Assembly: GCA_964016885.1 (NCBI GenBank)
Contig: OZ024748.1
Coordinates: forward strand, 55,490,001-55,554,000
Direction of reading: 5' to 3'
DNA length: 64,000 nucleotides
Source of the DNA: Eledone cirrhosa
Lineage: Eukaryota
Both the position numbers and the translations under genes were made by a program. The notes under the pieces were generated by a model. That model made no database searches. It saw nothing but the letters and a program-made list of their open reading frames with translations, and had not been told where the DNA came from. Shown here piece by piece: positions 42,169-58,316 of this stretch; within the stretch, counting starts at the first letter, position 1; each line of letters begins with the position of its first letter.

Positions 42169-42412
42169 GAATATACATACACATACTCGCAGATACAAGC
42201 ATCCCATATATATATATATGTGTGTGTGTGTGTATACAGAATGAGAAGGGGCGAGAGGAAGCGAGAAAAAGGAAACGGTTTTAAATATCTATGTGTGTAA
42301 GCATACTATATTCAGTTACATGTAATTGCATGAACTTATGTATTAGCCTAAACAATATGTTCATATAAGACATAGTAGATACATACACAAAAACGTATCA
42401 TTTTATTTGCTT

Positions 42413-42450
<38 letters not shown>

Positions 42451-42496
42451 GCCATGAACATAAGCAATATTTTGCATGATCACATATACATACATT

Positions 42497-42535
<39 letters not shown>

Positions 42536-42538
<3 letters not shown>

Positions 42539-42672
42539 CGAAGGAGGTCTGGTAAGGAACCAGATGGACCATAACTCACCAGAGTACTCAGCACTTAGTG
42601 TAGTAGAGTGGGTACTAGGAAAATCTTTGACCCCGACGGCAGAGCTCAAGCGATTTCGACGGCTATTTCCTA
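42536..42672 (-). mobile_element. Family D element (tail plus one arm) between TA tracts
   Basis: aacgaaggaggtctggtaagg...gaccccgacggcagagctcaagcgatttcgacggctatttcc. Confidence 0.85.
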
Positions 42673-42676
42673 TATA

Positions 42677-42744
<68 letters not shown>

Positions 42745-42747
<3 letters not shown>

Positions 42748-43024
42748 CATAGTGATGATGATGGTCAATATATATTTCACGGCCAATTTTAAATTCTAAT
42801 TTTCAAATTTTATATGCTTAAGTCACAGGATATTCTACTGACACCTGTACTCGTAGTGTAATTCTAAGTCATTTTGAGCCGACTTTATTCTTTGGAACCT
42901 GTTTGAGCGATAGTGAAAGCCGCTTGCTCAAACTGACACGCTGTGGCTTCGAACACTCTAATTCATGGCTTTAAAGCACAGTTTGTAAAGCTCTGGCTAA
43001 TGTGCACCATGTACATATATAATA
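42745..43024. repeat. ~290-bp direct repeat, copy 2
   Basis: See 39849. Confidence 0.9.
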
Positions 43025-43161
43025 ACATTATTAAAGATGCTGATGTTACAAACTACGAATGTTGAGAGCTTTCTCTAAAACAAACTCTTCGGAACACACA
43101 CACAAATACACACACATTCAAACACACGCACACACACTCACACACACACACACACACACAC

Positions 43162-43250
<89 letters not shown>

Positions 43251-44210
43251 TTTTTGTACTGAGCCCGGGGAGACAATAAACCAGGGGAGTACTCTTTGCA
43301 TTGGGTATAGAAGAAGGTAAAATGCAAGCCATATTTGACAGTATCTACCGAGGCCACAAAGAGAAGAGTTTCCCACTTGTGACACATTGAAAAGAGACAG
43401 CCTAACAACAAAGGGGGCCCTGCAACATAAGCTAAAGTATGATCAATTATCACAGACAACGATACTTTCGACAGAAACCCAGACCTCTTTTGAGGCGACT
43501 CTCCAGCACAATTCTTGGAATACGTCTGTCGTAATTGACAGAATTAAAGAACTTAGATTATACGTTACTCAAACGCGTAGTAAGTTGTTGTTTAACACTA
43601 GATCATTAATAAAGCTGCAGGTCATGGTCAATTCTGCAGCTATTTTAAAGCGATATCTAAGAATACATTAAATAATAGGTCATCTTCCTTTCTTATCAAG
43701 ATATGCGTTGAGATTTGAGGGAGAATTGGTGTGTATTCAAAATAGTTGGGAGAACTTGTAAATCATACTTTTTTGGAATTTGCACAGAATCTCGTAGCAA
43801 TATATGGAATATCAATATATATCTCCCTGGTAATGAATACGTTGTTCCAGTTTTGAAATATTAATTAATATTATTTGATTATTGTATTGACATGAACATG
43901 GGATTCAGAGCGAGGGAGAGAGCAAACAGTGAAAAAAATAAAATATACATAACAGAAAACCAGATTAAAATTAGTAATTGATGAATAAAACAAAGACTGA
44001 AACGAGACGTTTGTATTCAAAGTTATATATCGTAAAAATAACGGAATAAAGAGAATTATTTCTGCTAACCGAAGCGAAACTAGGTCATTGTATATATATA
44101 TATATATAACTATACAGTATTCTGTCTATTGTAATTAATTAGAGCAGCTCATTTAAAATAGTATCTGCTATTGATTTTGTTTCATTTACGCATTATATAT
44201 CTATCTATCT

Positions 44211-44298
<88 letters not shown>

Positions 44299-44398
44299 CA
44301 TATATATATATGTAATGGGAATGTTTGTGTGTGTTTAAATACATTTGATTTTATATATATATATATGTGTGTATATATGTCGGTATATATGTGTGTAA

Positions 44399-44446
<48 letters not shown>

Positions 44447-45864
44447 GGAGATATATATATTTTTTATATCTATGAACAAAGACACATATATGTACGTGTG
44501 GTTGTGTATGCGTGTGTTTATATACATTCATGAATATACTGTTATGGCTCTCTTTATGAATGTGTGTATGTATGTAAACATGATTTTTTTTATTCCTTGC
44601 TTGGTAACCGAAAGGTGTAAACCAAGAATAAATAATGTAATTATAAGCTTAGTTTAAATATGAATTCCTGTATGGGATGGTTATGTTGTTCAGTAGACTG
44701 TTTAATGGCAGCTAGCTTGAAAATAATTAGAAAGTACTAAGAACACTATGTGGTCTCGTTCTGTCGTTATTTTTTTTTCTTTATGCCAGGATGGCAGCTA
44801 TAGTCTCTTAAAAAGAAAATATAGATCTAAGTAAGATGGAAAACCTACTGAGATGTGTACTGTATTTAATCTTATAGTTTTTACTACATTGCCACAGGAT
44901 GTATATAGAAATAGTTATATATAAGATGCATACCTAATTACATACACATATTAAGGATATATGTTTATATGTCTAATGATAATTAAACATTCATTTCGCT
45001 CTCTGCTACTCAGCTTAGCTTTAGAATAATTCTAAATACGTCAGTAATGATGCTGAAATGTTTCTATTTTTGTATATCCTTCCATTTATTGGTCTTCTTT
45101 CTTGTCGTGTCACGAAATAATGGAATTTTCTATAAATGATTTTATGTTTCGAAGTTTTTTTTTCCTCTCAGAATACTAAGAAACATCAGCACAATTAATT
45201 ATATCTCAATTATTTGTACCGAGAAAGTAAATTCTATGTTTGACAAGAATTAAATGAATAAAAATATATATATATATTGTAGTGGATGTTCCCTAACCAC
45301 CACCATCACAAACAACAACAACAACAGCACCTCTACCCCACCCCCACCATCAACACCACCAGCAATAACAACAACAGCACCCCTACCCCACCACCAACAT
45401 CACCGCCAACAACAACATGAAAAAAAATGTGAATCTTTATTACTGAGAATGACAATCAAACTAAAACGCATAGTATCTATTATCTGACTTGGTCCATATC
45501 AAACGTCCCTGGGGATACTACAAACCAAATAAAGAAACACTTTGATACGTTACTACATAAAATCAGTCTGTATGTACCTATGTGTGTGTATGAGCAGGTG
45601 TGTATATGAGCATGTCTGTGTCATATGTGTGTGAGTGCGTATGTGTTTGTTAAGTTGATTATACAGACCCTGGGACTTGACTGGTACTTTATTTTATCAA
45701 CGGACCCCGGAAGGATGAACAAAAGTGTTGAGTTACTCGATATTTCAGCGAAACATTAATAACCGGAAGTAAAACCGTAAATTGCTTTTTTCCGATGATT
45801 TAAAGAATTTGCTTATCCGAACAATCTCAATATAGCAATATCAACAGCAACAATAGCCATAATA

Positions 45865-46083
45865 ATGGTTTCTTATATAGGCACAAGACCATTCATTTTG
45901 GGGAAAGGGAAAGTCGATTAAATCGACCCCAGTGCGTGACTGGTACTTTAGTTTATCGACCCCGTAAGGATGAAAGGCAAAGTTAACCTCGGCGGGATTC
46001 CAACTAAGATCATGAAGGGCCGTAACTCTATGCTGCAAAGCATGGCGTCCGACCCTCTCCCGATTCTGCCAATCGACCGCCCT
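45865..46083 (-). mobile_element. SINE family 1, full-length long variant with 17-bp TSD caacaatagccataata
   Basis: Direct repeats at 45848-45864 and 46084-46100. Confidence 0.92.
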
Positions 46084-47408
46084 CAACAATAGCCATAATA
46101 AAAATAATAATAATTTTTGATTTAAGCATGAGGCCAACACTTTTGGGGAGTGGAAAGTCGATTAAATTGACCCTAGTGGAGGTCATGGGTTCAAATTACA
46201 TCAATTGTCAATTAACACAGGCACGATAAGTCTTTTTACGTAGAGAACAGACAAAGAATTGAGTGTATAAACTTGTATTAAAGCATGGAGGGATAATTGA
46301 GATATAATCTATACCAAAGGTCCCAAATGTACCTTGGAGAAATACTATTAGTAGGATAGTTAATATGGAGCATTGTGAGATATGTTATAAAAGATCGATA
46401 CCTTGTGGTAGAAACATATAAATGGCAAATGAAGATAAATGAAACAAAACAAATAATAGATTGGAAATGAACGAAGCTGATTGGTTAGTATAACGACTTC
46501 ATACATGCGTATTTCAGACACATAGGCCAGTTAAGGAAGAACATATCAATAGTTTTTTTGTTGTTGTTGTTTTGAAGCGTATCTGTTTCCCATTTGAAAT
46601 TTACCCTTTATTTATATCTTCCGCATTGTACAGACACTTTGAAGCTTATCGTTCCGTTATTAGTAAGGCCAGAATCCAACGATATTAAAGTTTCCCATGC
46701 TGAAGTGGCTAAGTAAATAAAGAACGAGGGAAAACAAATGAAGTAGTGATTAACAGTATCTCGAGGTAAAAGCAGGAGCAAAACTATAATAATCTTAATT
46801 GGCAAGCTCAGCAAATATGAATTACAGAAGACCGGAAGTGTTGACATTTGAACATTTTAAAGAAGTGAATCTTAAAATAAGCCACAAAATTATTTATATT
46901 TAATCAAGAATAACGAAATTTAGTAGATAAATTATGTAATATTCAATCATTATTTATTTAAAGTAATCCAACTTATTTTACAAACGGGATAAAAAAAAAT
47001 ATCCTGGACGCAGTCCCCCACTCCTTACTTTATTATAGTTTAGATTTTGTTAATTGCTCACATCTACTAGAAATAAGTACCACAGATTCGTTTGCTTCAT
47101 TGCGTACTCTGCAGCGTGGGGAACAGTTGTGTCCATCAATACTTGCTTTCATCCAAATGGTTATGAGTGCCTGGTTATCTACGGCAGTAATAAGAGCCTC
47201 AGTGCTCTTTTAAACCCAACCTGACCAAAGCCAACGGCAAGAACCGGAATTAACAATATTTCTAATGGCAGTTGGAAATTTACCATGAAGAGACTTTCTA
47301 TGACTGTTATTATTTCTCTCTAAAAGCTTTGTAAATGCTTTCTTACTTTGACTTTCTGTTATAAAGTCTTACTTCAGAACGTCTTTGAGTAGCAATTCAT
47401 AATAATAA

Positions 47409-47951
47409 TAATTGTTTCTACTTTTGGCATAAGGCCAGAAATTAACCAGTACATTACTGGTACTTTATTTTATCGACCCCGTAAGGATGAAAGGCAAAAT
47501 TAACCTCGGCGGGATTTGAACTCAGAATGGCAAGAGCCGTAACTCTATGCGTCAAAGCATGGCGTCCGACCCTCTACCGACACACGCAATCCAATAATAA
47601 TAATGGTACCAGATTTAGGCACAAGGCCTGCAATTTTGGGGAAGGGAAAAAATCTAATAAATTGACCCAGTGCATTACTGGTGCTTTATTCTATTGATCC
47701 CGTAAGGATAAAAGGCAAAGCTTATCTCGGCGGGATTTGAACTCAGACTGCAAAGGTGCGAAACATATGCCATAAGGCATATTGTCCAACAGTCTACCGA
47801 TATTGCCAATCTACCGCCCTTTTGTTACAAAAAATTGTTTCTACTTTAGGCACAAGGCCAGCAATTATCCCAGTGCATTACTGGTACTTTATTTTATCGA
47901 CCCCGTAAGGATGAAAGGCAAAGTTAACCTCGGCGGGATTTGAACTCAGAC
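47409..47951 (-). mobile_element. SINE family 1 cluster (3 copies)
   Basis: Consensus matches. Confidence 0.88.
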
Positions 47952-48402
47952 CGTCTGAAGGTGGAAGAGGTCTTATTAGCATAGAGGACTGTGTTGAGTT
48001 GGAGAAAAACAACGTACACAAATACGTGACTGATAGTAGTGAGCCAATGCTCAGAATTGTACTGAAGGAGAGGACAATAGACCAGGGGATGTCCAAGGAG
48101 GAAATAACAACAAGGAAGAAGACCAACCATGGAACTGGTTGAAAAGAGGAGACCTGAAAAAGGTTACAGAAGGAATGCTAATGGCTGCACAAGAGCAGGC
48201 CCTCAAAACGAAGTGGCTGAAACACCATATTTACAAGGAGGACGCTAGCTCACTGTGCAGGATCTGTGGAGAGAGAGAGGAGACTGTGGCTCACATTGTA
48301 TCCGAGTGTAAACACCTAGCCCAGACTCACTATAAAGCTGGAGACATGATTTGATTGGCAGGGTGATCCACTGGCACCTATGCAAAGTAAACAATTTACC
48401 AC
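47952..48402 (+). mobile_element. R4/Dong-clade non-LTR retrotransposon fragment
   Basis: EGGRGLISIEDC...WLKRGDLKKVTEGMLMAAQEQALKT...CRICGEREETVAHIVSEC (CCHC knuckle). Contains a frameshift and is near-identical to 63547-63690. Confidence 0.9.
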
Positions 48403-48731
48403 TTAAAAAAACCCTTAAGAATTTTGTTGTGTACGAATTTACTGTTGTGCACGAAAAATGTACTGGAACCATGGAAACGACGCTATTGCATTGTAATTTC
48501 AATATAACATACTTTAAGAAACTATGAAGAAACGATATTATTTTGATTTGTAAAAATATGATGCAAGATGTGATATATTTTCTCTCAACCTCCCAATCTC
48601 TCTTGTGATGACGTGAGATCACGTGACAACCTTTAGACCGGAAATCCTAATTACTTCATCTGTCCTGACAGTATGGAGCGGGAGGGATATGTTCATCGAC
48701 TTACTATCATAACGTTATATTGTTCCGATAC

Positions 48732-48880
<149 letters not shown>

Positions 48881-49042
48881 CATATATATATGTATATATA
48901 AATGTATATATGTATATAATACACACACGTACATATGTATATATATAGTAATAATAATAAATGTGAAGACTAAAATCCAAAGAGGGCTCGATGAAATTTA
49001 AGGTGTTATTTTAATATATATAAATATATATATATATGTGTA

Positions 49043-49183
<141 letters not shown>

Positions 49184-49188
49184 ATATA

Positions 49189-49411
49189 TAACGAAGGAGT
49201 TGTGGTAAGGAATCAGATGGACCATAACGCACCAGAGTAGTGAATACTTAGTGTAGTAGAGTGGATAATAGGAAAAAGTTTGACCCCGAAGTCAGAGCTC
49301 TAGCCATTTCGAAGGCTATTTCTGGACCAAATTAGAATAAAAATTATAATTTAGTCCAGAAATAGCCGTCTAAACGACTTGAGCTCTACCGTCGAGGTCA
49401 AACATTTTCCC
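49189..49411 (-). mobile_element. Family D element with palindrome
   Basis: Arms 49271-49334 and 49347-49410. Confidence 0.85.
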
Positions 49412-49483
49412 ATGTATATATATGTATATATATATGTATATATATGTATATATATATATACATATATATATGTATATATATAT

Positions 49484-49890
49484 CCGGGAGAGATGACCCC
49501 TTACCCTTTGTTAAGGCAGCATTCTAGGAGAAGGGAAACTGATATAACACCTACAACCCTGATTGTATCCAATGATGTTGACTTGTTCTTCTTATTGGTA
49601 AATATCATCTTAGTTAAGAGAGTGAGACTGGCTTTGTGCAGTGCCTTTGCTCACTATAAAAAGCTTCACGGCACAGGCATTGCTTTATATCTGGAAATCT
49701 CTCTGCACATGTCGTCACATGGTGCCAGCACTATGTGTCAATAATTGTCACAGGTATAGTGCTTGTACCAGAGTTTTAAAGTCGCTGGCTGGACTAAAAA
49801 GTCACACCTGTTTAGTGCATCGGTAGGGGTTCTCCTACATGGATATAAAGTAGTAGCCGTACTCGAATCGAAAACGAGTTGGCAGCCACC
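49484..49890 (+). mobile_element. RTE-derived non-autonomous element (copy 2, longer)
   Basis: 5' motif ctaggagaagggaaact resembles RTE 5' UTRs (from memory). The 3' end has a decayed C2H2 frame (KSLAGLKSHT..HR*). Flanked by (TA)n. Confidence 0.6.
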
Positions 49891-49895
49891 ATATG

Positions 49896-49960
<65 letters not shown>

Positions 49961-49963
<3 letters not shown>

Positions 49964-50060
49964 GATATTAACCAATGGAAACTATATTTATAAAACCATA
50001 TTTAATTCATTATACATATTTCAAGGATACCAAGTTAAATTATGGTGTGCTTTCATAAAA
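49961..50060 (-). mobile_element. Family F element, decayed (further fragment at 50800-50862)
   Basis: gatattaaccaatggaaactatatttataaaaccatattt...atatttcaagg. Confidence 0.75.
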
Positions 50061-50604
50061 TATAATATAGATCACTTTTATAAATAAATATTGACACACC
50101 CTTAAAAAATGCAACCATTGCTGTTGGAAACTCCGGGAGCTTCCAACAGTAATAACAGCCGTTTATATGGGACTAACATTTAGCTCAACAAAAGGAGCCG
50201 TTAATACTATATATAGAGTTATAAACTCAAACAGTCTTTTACAATTAAATAGCTCAAAGAAAGAGATATTTCTGAGCCGTGAAATACAAATTAATATAAA
50301 TTAATATATGATAAACACTAATACAATTATATAAGTGTTTGTATAGCAAATGACCAAGTTAGCTAGATTGAAAAATACTAATTAAATTAATACAGTTTGC
50401 CTGTCTCGATTTAAAATAAAAAATCAATAAAAACAAATCCATATTGGCAATAGCCGTGATACCTGGACAAATTTAAATTTCAAAACTCAAATCCGTTTCG
50501 CAACGATAAGTGAACATTCCATTTCTGTGCTCTTCTGCAGGTATCCAGAAAATTGGTATGCTTCACCTCAAAATACTTAGTATATATATATATATATATA
50601 TATA

Positions 50605-50714
<110 letters not shown>

Positions 50715-51398
50715 AAAGTTTTATTTAAAATTGTTGGGTTACAACAAGTAAATATTTTATAACTGATATAAAGCACTCGACAAGTTTTTGGAGTAGATAT
50801 ACGATATTAAACAAATGGAAACTATATTTATAAAACCATATTTATTTCATTATACATATTTCATATATATATATATATGTGTGTGGATTTCTGTATGTGT
50901 GTTTCTGCGTGTGTTTATGCGTATCTATAAAAAAATATAGTTAACAAAAGTTTATATGAAATTGTTATTGATAATAATTTTAACAATACACTAACATTTC
51001 TTTGCTTGTCATGCGTAAATTTTGACGTTTGACTCATTACTCTAATACCTCAAGATACTCTCTCATAATTTTTTAGATCATATCAAAATTTCGTATTAAT
51101 GATTATATATATTTATGTAACCATCTCCTCTGTCAAATTGTAACTAAATTATATTTGGAATTGTTGAGTTTACGAATCGTTGAAAATATATGATTTGTCA
51201 TTATAGTTGAGACAATGTGTGTGGATATTTATTGTAAATTTTGTCATCTCCAATATCTCATTTTCAATTATTTAACGGAGTGCCTCATCAAGAATGGTTA
51301 GACTATAACTATTTGTATGGATCATGTCTTCCTTAATAGAATAACCATTATTTCATAATCTAACATAAAACTATGTATCAAAATAAAGAAACTGAATA

Positions 51399-51430
<32 letters not shown>

Positions 51431-51434
<4 letters not shown>

Positions 51435-51655
51435 GTTTCTACTTTTGGCACAAGACCAGCAATTATCCCAGTGCATTATTGGTACTTTATTTTTTCGACC
51501 TCGTAAGGATGAAAGGCAAAGTGAACCTCGGCAGGATTTGAACTCACACGATAAAGGGACGTAACACGATGCTGCAAAGCATGGCGTCCGAACTTTTCCC
51601 TTCATCCTTACGGAGTCGATAAGATAAAGTACCAGTAATACACTGGGTAATTGCT
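51431..51655. mobile_element. SINE family 1 (-) fused to an inverted partial copy (+)
   Basis: 51431-51590 on minus and 51597-51655 on plus. Confidence 0.8.
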
Positions 51656-52154
51656 GCGATTGGAGACTGAATTTTTCTAATAAGCAATTTTTCAATAACT
51701 TGTTAATTTGTTTTTGAGTTACGTTGGCTGCGTGCTTATGGCGGGAGCGGAACTATTTGAATTTCTTCTCTACCCATCACCTACACCTCTAAATCGGTAG
51801 CCAATCAGGAGACGACATTGTTACGCATAGAGATTCCAGTTACAAACATTTTACGGTTTTGGCCGTCACATAGCCAACACGAAATGGAATCGAATTCTGT
51901 CGATGCATTGATTATTGATTATGCGAAACCCGCTGATGAAGCCGCATGCACCATTTGTGCATTGTTGCATAATAAATGCAATGTATGCTGGGCACTCTAT
52001 TGCTGCATTAAGTGAGGCCGAAATTGAAGTACGCATATAGATTACGTGTGTTGTATTGAAGCTAATAACTGTGTCTACGCTGGGTTTTACATAACATAAC
52101 CTATTGAGTACGCAACCGGTACTAGCAGTGAAAACTATGCTAGTCCCGTCAACT

Positions 52155-52233
<79 letters not shown>

Positions 52234-52258
52234 AACAAATATATATATATATATATAT

Positions 52259-52417
52259 AAGAACAGATTAAAATTTAAGCAAAGAACGCTGCTTTCATCC
52301 TTATTCCTATATATATATATATATATTTTAATCTCTTCTTATAGTGTTATATATATTCGATATATATTCATCCTTATCGAGCCCTCTTTGGATTTTAGTC
52401 TTCACATTTATTATTAT

Positions 52418-52422
<5 letters not shown>
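52259..52422. mobile_element. Family B fragments (others at 48947-48993 and 53282-53316)
   Basis: gagccctctttggattttagtcttcacatttattattattac and aagcaaagaacgctgctttca. Confidence 0.75.
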
Positions 52423-52468
<46 letters not shown>

Positions 52469-52471
52469 AAT

Positions 52472-52522
<51 letters not shown>

Positions 52523-52951
52523 TATAACTAGTTTTTGTTGCAAATTAGTCTACTCAGCCGTTGATATGCATAAGGAGAGTATATACATTCAAACGTTCAA
52601 TCGACTAACAGGAAGGTATACGGTGCTGATGACAGCTAATAAGCTAGAAACTAGTTCATAGTTTCTTTGTCAGTGTTGAACAAAAGGGCAACGATGGTTG
52701 CCGAACACTGCACGGCTTAACCCAGGCTGTTTGTTTACAAACAAACCGAACATTATAATGAACATTCGGTAAAACCATACGTACATATATATATATGTGT
52801 GCATGTATGTATGTATATACATACTACTGTACGTCTGTATACATATATGTATGTACGTATACATACTTATATTTAAGTATCAGTCGTACTAAGAGTGAGA
52901 AATGAGATTTCATTTTTTCCATTTATATATCTATATCTATATATCTATCTA

Positions 52952-53272
<321 letters not shown>

Positions 53273-53324
53273 CATTGAGCCTGAAAGCAGCGATTCTTTG
53301 CTTAAACTTTAATCTGTACTTGGT

Positions 53325-53508
53325 GTATTGGTAGTATCGGTAGAGGGCCGGACGCCATGCTTTGACACATAGAGTTACGGCCCTTTCCATTCTGAGTGCA
53401 AAACCCGCTGAGGTTAACTTTGCCTTTCATCCTTACGGAGTCGATAAAATAAAGTACCAGTAATGTACAGGGTTATTACTGGCCTTGTGCCAAATGTAGA
53501 AACAATTA
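53325..53508 (+). mobile_element. SINE family 1
   Basis: Consensus match. Confidence 0.88.
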
Positions 53509-53591
53509 TATATATATATGTATACACGCTCATATAAATAATAACAACAACAACAACAACAGAAACAACAACAATAATAATAATAATAATA

Positions 53592-53930
53592 ATGCTTTCT
53601 TTATTAACCACAAGGGTTTACACAAAGTAGACATTAAGGGCAGTACAGGACAATGCAGGGCGGTACAAAAGAGCATTTCTGCGTGTAAAAAAAACAAAAA
53701 AAAACAGAGGACGTAATAATAGAACAATGAAAAAAATTGCCCAATAGGGGGGAGACTTCCGAGGGCCATTGTGGAGAAAGCCCATTAAAAAGCCACGGTG
53801 ACCCTGACCACCAGGGCAATTGTCCTCTCCCAGTTTTCCACCTTCAATTTACAGGCATATTCTCAGAGTATGTCCACTCACTCGGGCCGTTCTTGCCTCT
53901 CTCACCCATCTTTCAACAAAAAGCTGGGAT
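53592..53930 (-). mobile_element. Probable L1/Tx1-type LINE 3' end
   Basis: The minus-strand frame ends FVERWVREARTARVSGHTLRICL*, followed by a UTR, AATAAA and an (ATT)n tail. The family assignment is from memory. Confidence 0.5.
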
Positions 53931-53935
53931 AAGTA

Positions 53936-53979
<44 letters not shown>

Positions 53980-54324
53980 GAGAAGAAGAAGAAGAAGAAG
54001 AAGAAGAAGAAGAAGAAGAAAAAAAAAAAATAAATAAATAGGAATGCTATGAATATTTCGAGAAAACAAACATTCATCCGTTTAGTTATCATAGAATTAC
54101 ATTAGTATTTGCTGTACATAGCAGGCGTAATCTCACCTAGGCATGTACCGATATAGAGGTATACACATCACAAAAGCAAACATTCACACATAAGAGGAAA
54201 TATGTTAGATTATTAATAAATTAATAACTGTATATATTTAATAGCTACAACAATAAATCCTTCATTCATACACGCATTAACACGTGCCTCGAAATATATA
54301 TGTATACGCATATATACGTATATG

Positions 54325-54375
<51 letters not shown>

Positions 54376-54470
54376 ACATGTGTGTATATATATATGTACA
54401 TATATATATACATATATATGTATATATATATATATATATTTATTAATATATGTATGTATATATATATTTA

Positions 54471-54511
<41 letters not shown>

Positions 54512-54618
54512 GTGTGTGTATATATATACATATATGTGTATGTATATGTACATATAATATATATGTATATATATATATATGTATATATATATATGTATAT
54601 GTATTATATGTGTATATG

Positions 54619-54679
<61 letters not shown>

Positions 54680-55020
54680 TATATATATATATATATGAAA
54701 TGTGTACGTATGCAATCAAATGAGAGCTCGTCCATCTTTGTTCGGTAGAGTAGACAATTAAAGAAAGTTAGATGAAAAAGCCGTGTTGAGATTGTTCAAT
54801 GGGAGAAAGTGGATTGGAGGAGCACCTGCTCCAAGTTTCAGCCATTGTTGAATCAGGTGGAGACATCTGCTGACAGCAGTAGAACTTAATGCTACCATTT
54901 ATCTTATCCACATATATTGAAGAAATGGCCTCTAGTTTTGTATGTATCTATGTGTTGTAGTGTGTATGAATGTATGCATATATATACAATCGTACATACG
55001 TATATATGTATATATACATA

Positions 55021-55207
55021 TTTGTTTCTACTTTAGGCACAAGGACAGCAATTACCCAGTTCATAACTGGTACTTTATTTTATCGACCCCGTAAGAATGA
55101 AAGGCAAAGTTAACCTCGGCAGGATTTGAACTCAGATCGTAAAGGGACGTAACTATGCAGGAAAGCATGGCGTCCGACCCTCTACCGATACTGCCAATCC
55201 ACCGCCC
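55021..55207 (-). mobile_element. SINE family 1, full length, with 14-bp TSD tgtatatatacata
   Basis: Direct repeats at 55007-55020 and 55208-55221. Confidence 0.92.
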
Positions 55208-55251
55208 TGTATATATACATAATGTATATATTATATGTGTGAGCTTGTACA

Positions 55252-55367
<116 letters not shown>

Positions 55368-55610
55368 CTGTTCAGTTTGTTTACAAACGAACAAAGCGGC
55401 GTTATAATAAGCGTCCGCTAAACTGATGCGTGCATATATGTATGTGTACCTGTATGTATATATATATATATATATGTATGCTACTGTACGTCTGTATACA
55501 TATATGTATGTACGTATACATACATACTTATATATATATATATATATATATAAATTGTATATCCATAAGTATATATATCTATATGTATCTACCTATATAT
55601 CTATCTACCT

Positions 55611-55825
55611 ATAGTGGTAGAACACCAGGAGGTTATATATGTCCGTAGTAAGCAGTGCACTCAGGCCAAAGGACGAGTTTGGTATAGAGTTAGTTCAACA
55701 TGAAATTAGCACAGTCTCCTCGAGTACTCGAGATTTACCCAACGAACTCTCACTCGAGTTAAGAATCCGTTGGCTGAAATACGCCTCCTCCAGTATAGTG
55801 TGCTAATGTTTTGTGCAACTAACAC
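55611..55825 (-). mobile_element. Element with family-A-like tail and decayed inverted arms
   Basis: gcactcaggccaaaggacgagtttggta resembles the reverse complement of the A tail at 8116-8145. gttagttcaac..attagcaca and tgtgctaat..caactaac are inverted. Confidence 0.5.
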
Positions 55826-55838
55826 TCTCTCTCTCTCC

Positions 55839-56427
<589 letters not shown>

Positions 56428-56969
56428 TATATATACATATATATATGTGTGTGTGTGTGTATGTGTTTGTGTATGCATATCCACGTTGCTGTCTATTTCA
56501 TTTCATTTTTAAAGATGCATCAAAGAATTCCTGATATATTCGTATTCATACATATATACATACATACATACACGCACACACATACACAAATAGATATATA
56601 TTAAATAAGTCAAAATTATTATTACAACATTTAATGGATGTAGACACATTTCATTATTCCAATATGGAAATCATTTCCGAAAAATTAAGTAAGTAGAGTA
56701 TATTCTATTTCACTTGAATCTGAATGTCATCTTTTTCGGGAATGAACTGAATTTGCCTCCCCGCTTTGATTAATGAAATGTGTATAAGTCAAGGGAAAGA
56801 TTTACTTATGATAATACTAGTCTCCTTATATAATATTTATATACACCCTCTGATAAATTATAACACGATTTGTGATTGGAATCAACCTACTTTATTAAAA
56901 TTTGGACTGTTTCTTGTGGACGATAAAATCGCACTGACCTTGAATATTGTTGTATTCTCAACTTGATCA

Positions 56970-57037
<68 letters not shown>

Positions 57038-57275
57038 ATACTTTTAATAATGTTTTCCTTGTGAAATTTGTGGTCTTGTTTTGCTTAACTAATGAATATT
57101 TCCAGCTCTGTGCACCTAGCCTCTGCATGAACCCAGCCACCTAGATGCCTTCCACTGCATATTGCACATTGAGCTCATGCCTTTACGCTTTGGTTTCTAA
57201 CTAATTCATCAATCTCTCTTCTCCTCTCCTATCTCCACCTCTCTCTTTCATATTGGTTACTCTTGAACTGTATAT

Positions 57276-57356
<81 letters not shown>

Positions 57357-57446
57357 CAGAAGGGATATTCAATTTGTTGGTAATTCAACAAATATAAATG
57401 TTTATAACACCTTCAGAGCAATCGACAGTATTTCTGGAGTATAAAA

Positions 57447-57775
57447 TACAATGATATTAAATAAATGGAAACTATATTTATAAAAGCATATTTATTCTAT
57501 TATATATATTTGAAGGGTACCACAAATTTGGTAAGCTATCATCAGATAAAATACGAAGTGTGTTTTATAAATTTTGACATAACCTTCAGCATGAGTATCC
57601 AAGGAAAACTTGAACCGTTAAGGTATATTCTTCTTGGTTATGTCAACATTTATAAAACACACTTCGTATTTTATCCGATGATCGCGTACCAACATTTGGG
57701 TACCCTTGAAATATATATAATAGAATAAATATGGTTTTATAAATATAGTTTCCATTTATTTAATATCATTGTATA
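57447..57775. mobile_element. Palindromic element family F with two inverted hammerhead motifs
   Basis: Arms ~57447-57584 and 57636-57775. Plus strand 57667-57727 reads TATTTTAT-CCGATGA...GAAA-TATATA-TA-ATAGAATA. The minus copy at 57493-57553 has CTGATGA but CAAA. Confidence 0.85.
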
Positions 57776-58262
57776 TATATACGTGTGTGTGTGAGTGTGT
57801 GTGTGTGTATGCGTGTGTCTGTGTGTGTGTGTCTGTATGCAAAAGTTTCAGTAAGTCCGAAGAAAACAAGTGAGAGTACCAATGTCGATGCAGAGAAAAG
57901 TGTATTTAATAAGAACAAAGTAGAGGTGATTTTGTTTCTTTTGTTTATAACGGTTATTTTCTTGTAATGCTCGGAATACTCGCGTTCGTTGGTTTCTAGG
58001 CCTGTGATTGGTCATTCTATCGGCGTGTTTGTGTCTTCAGATTTGATTTGATATTTGTTGTGTTAACACTGGTCTAGGATGAGGCAGACTTGGAGTTTGG
58101 TCTAGGATGACCCCCAGATCCTGAGCCTGGGAAAGATTTGTAACCGGGTTGAGCAATAAATATCATATGTAACACCTCCACTTTGTTCTTCTTATATCTA
58201 TAGAGAGGGAAACTGCGCAGATGACCGTCGTGTGTATATATATATATACACACACACACACG

Positions 58263-58316
<54 letters not shown>

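Noticed and set aside
51920-51950. GAAA...CTGATGA (possible type II hammerhead)
   Set aside because: Only 4 nt separate the two core strands, leaving no room for stems I and III.
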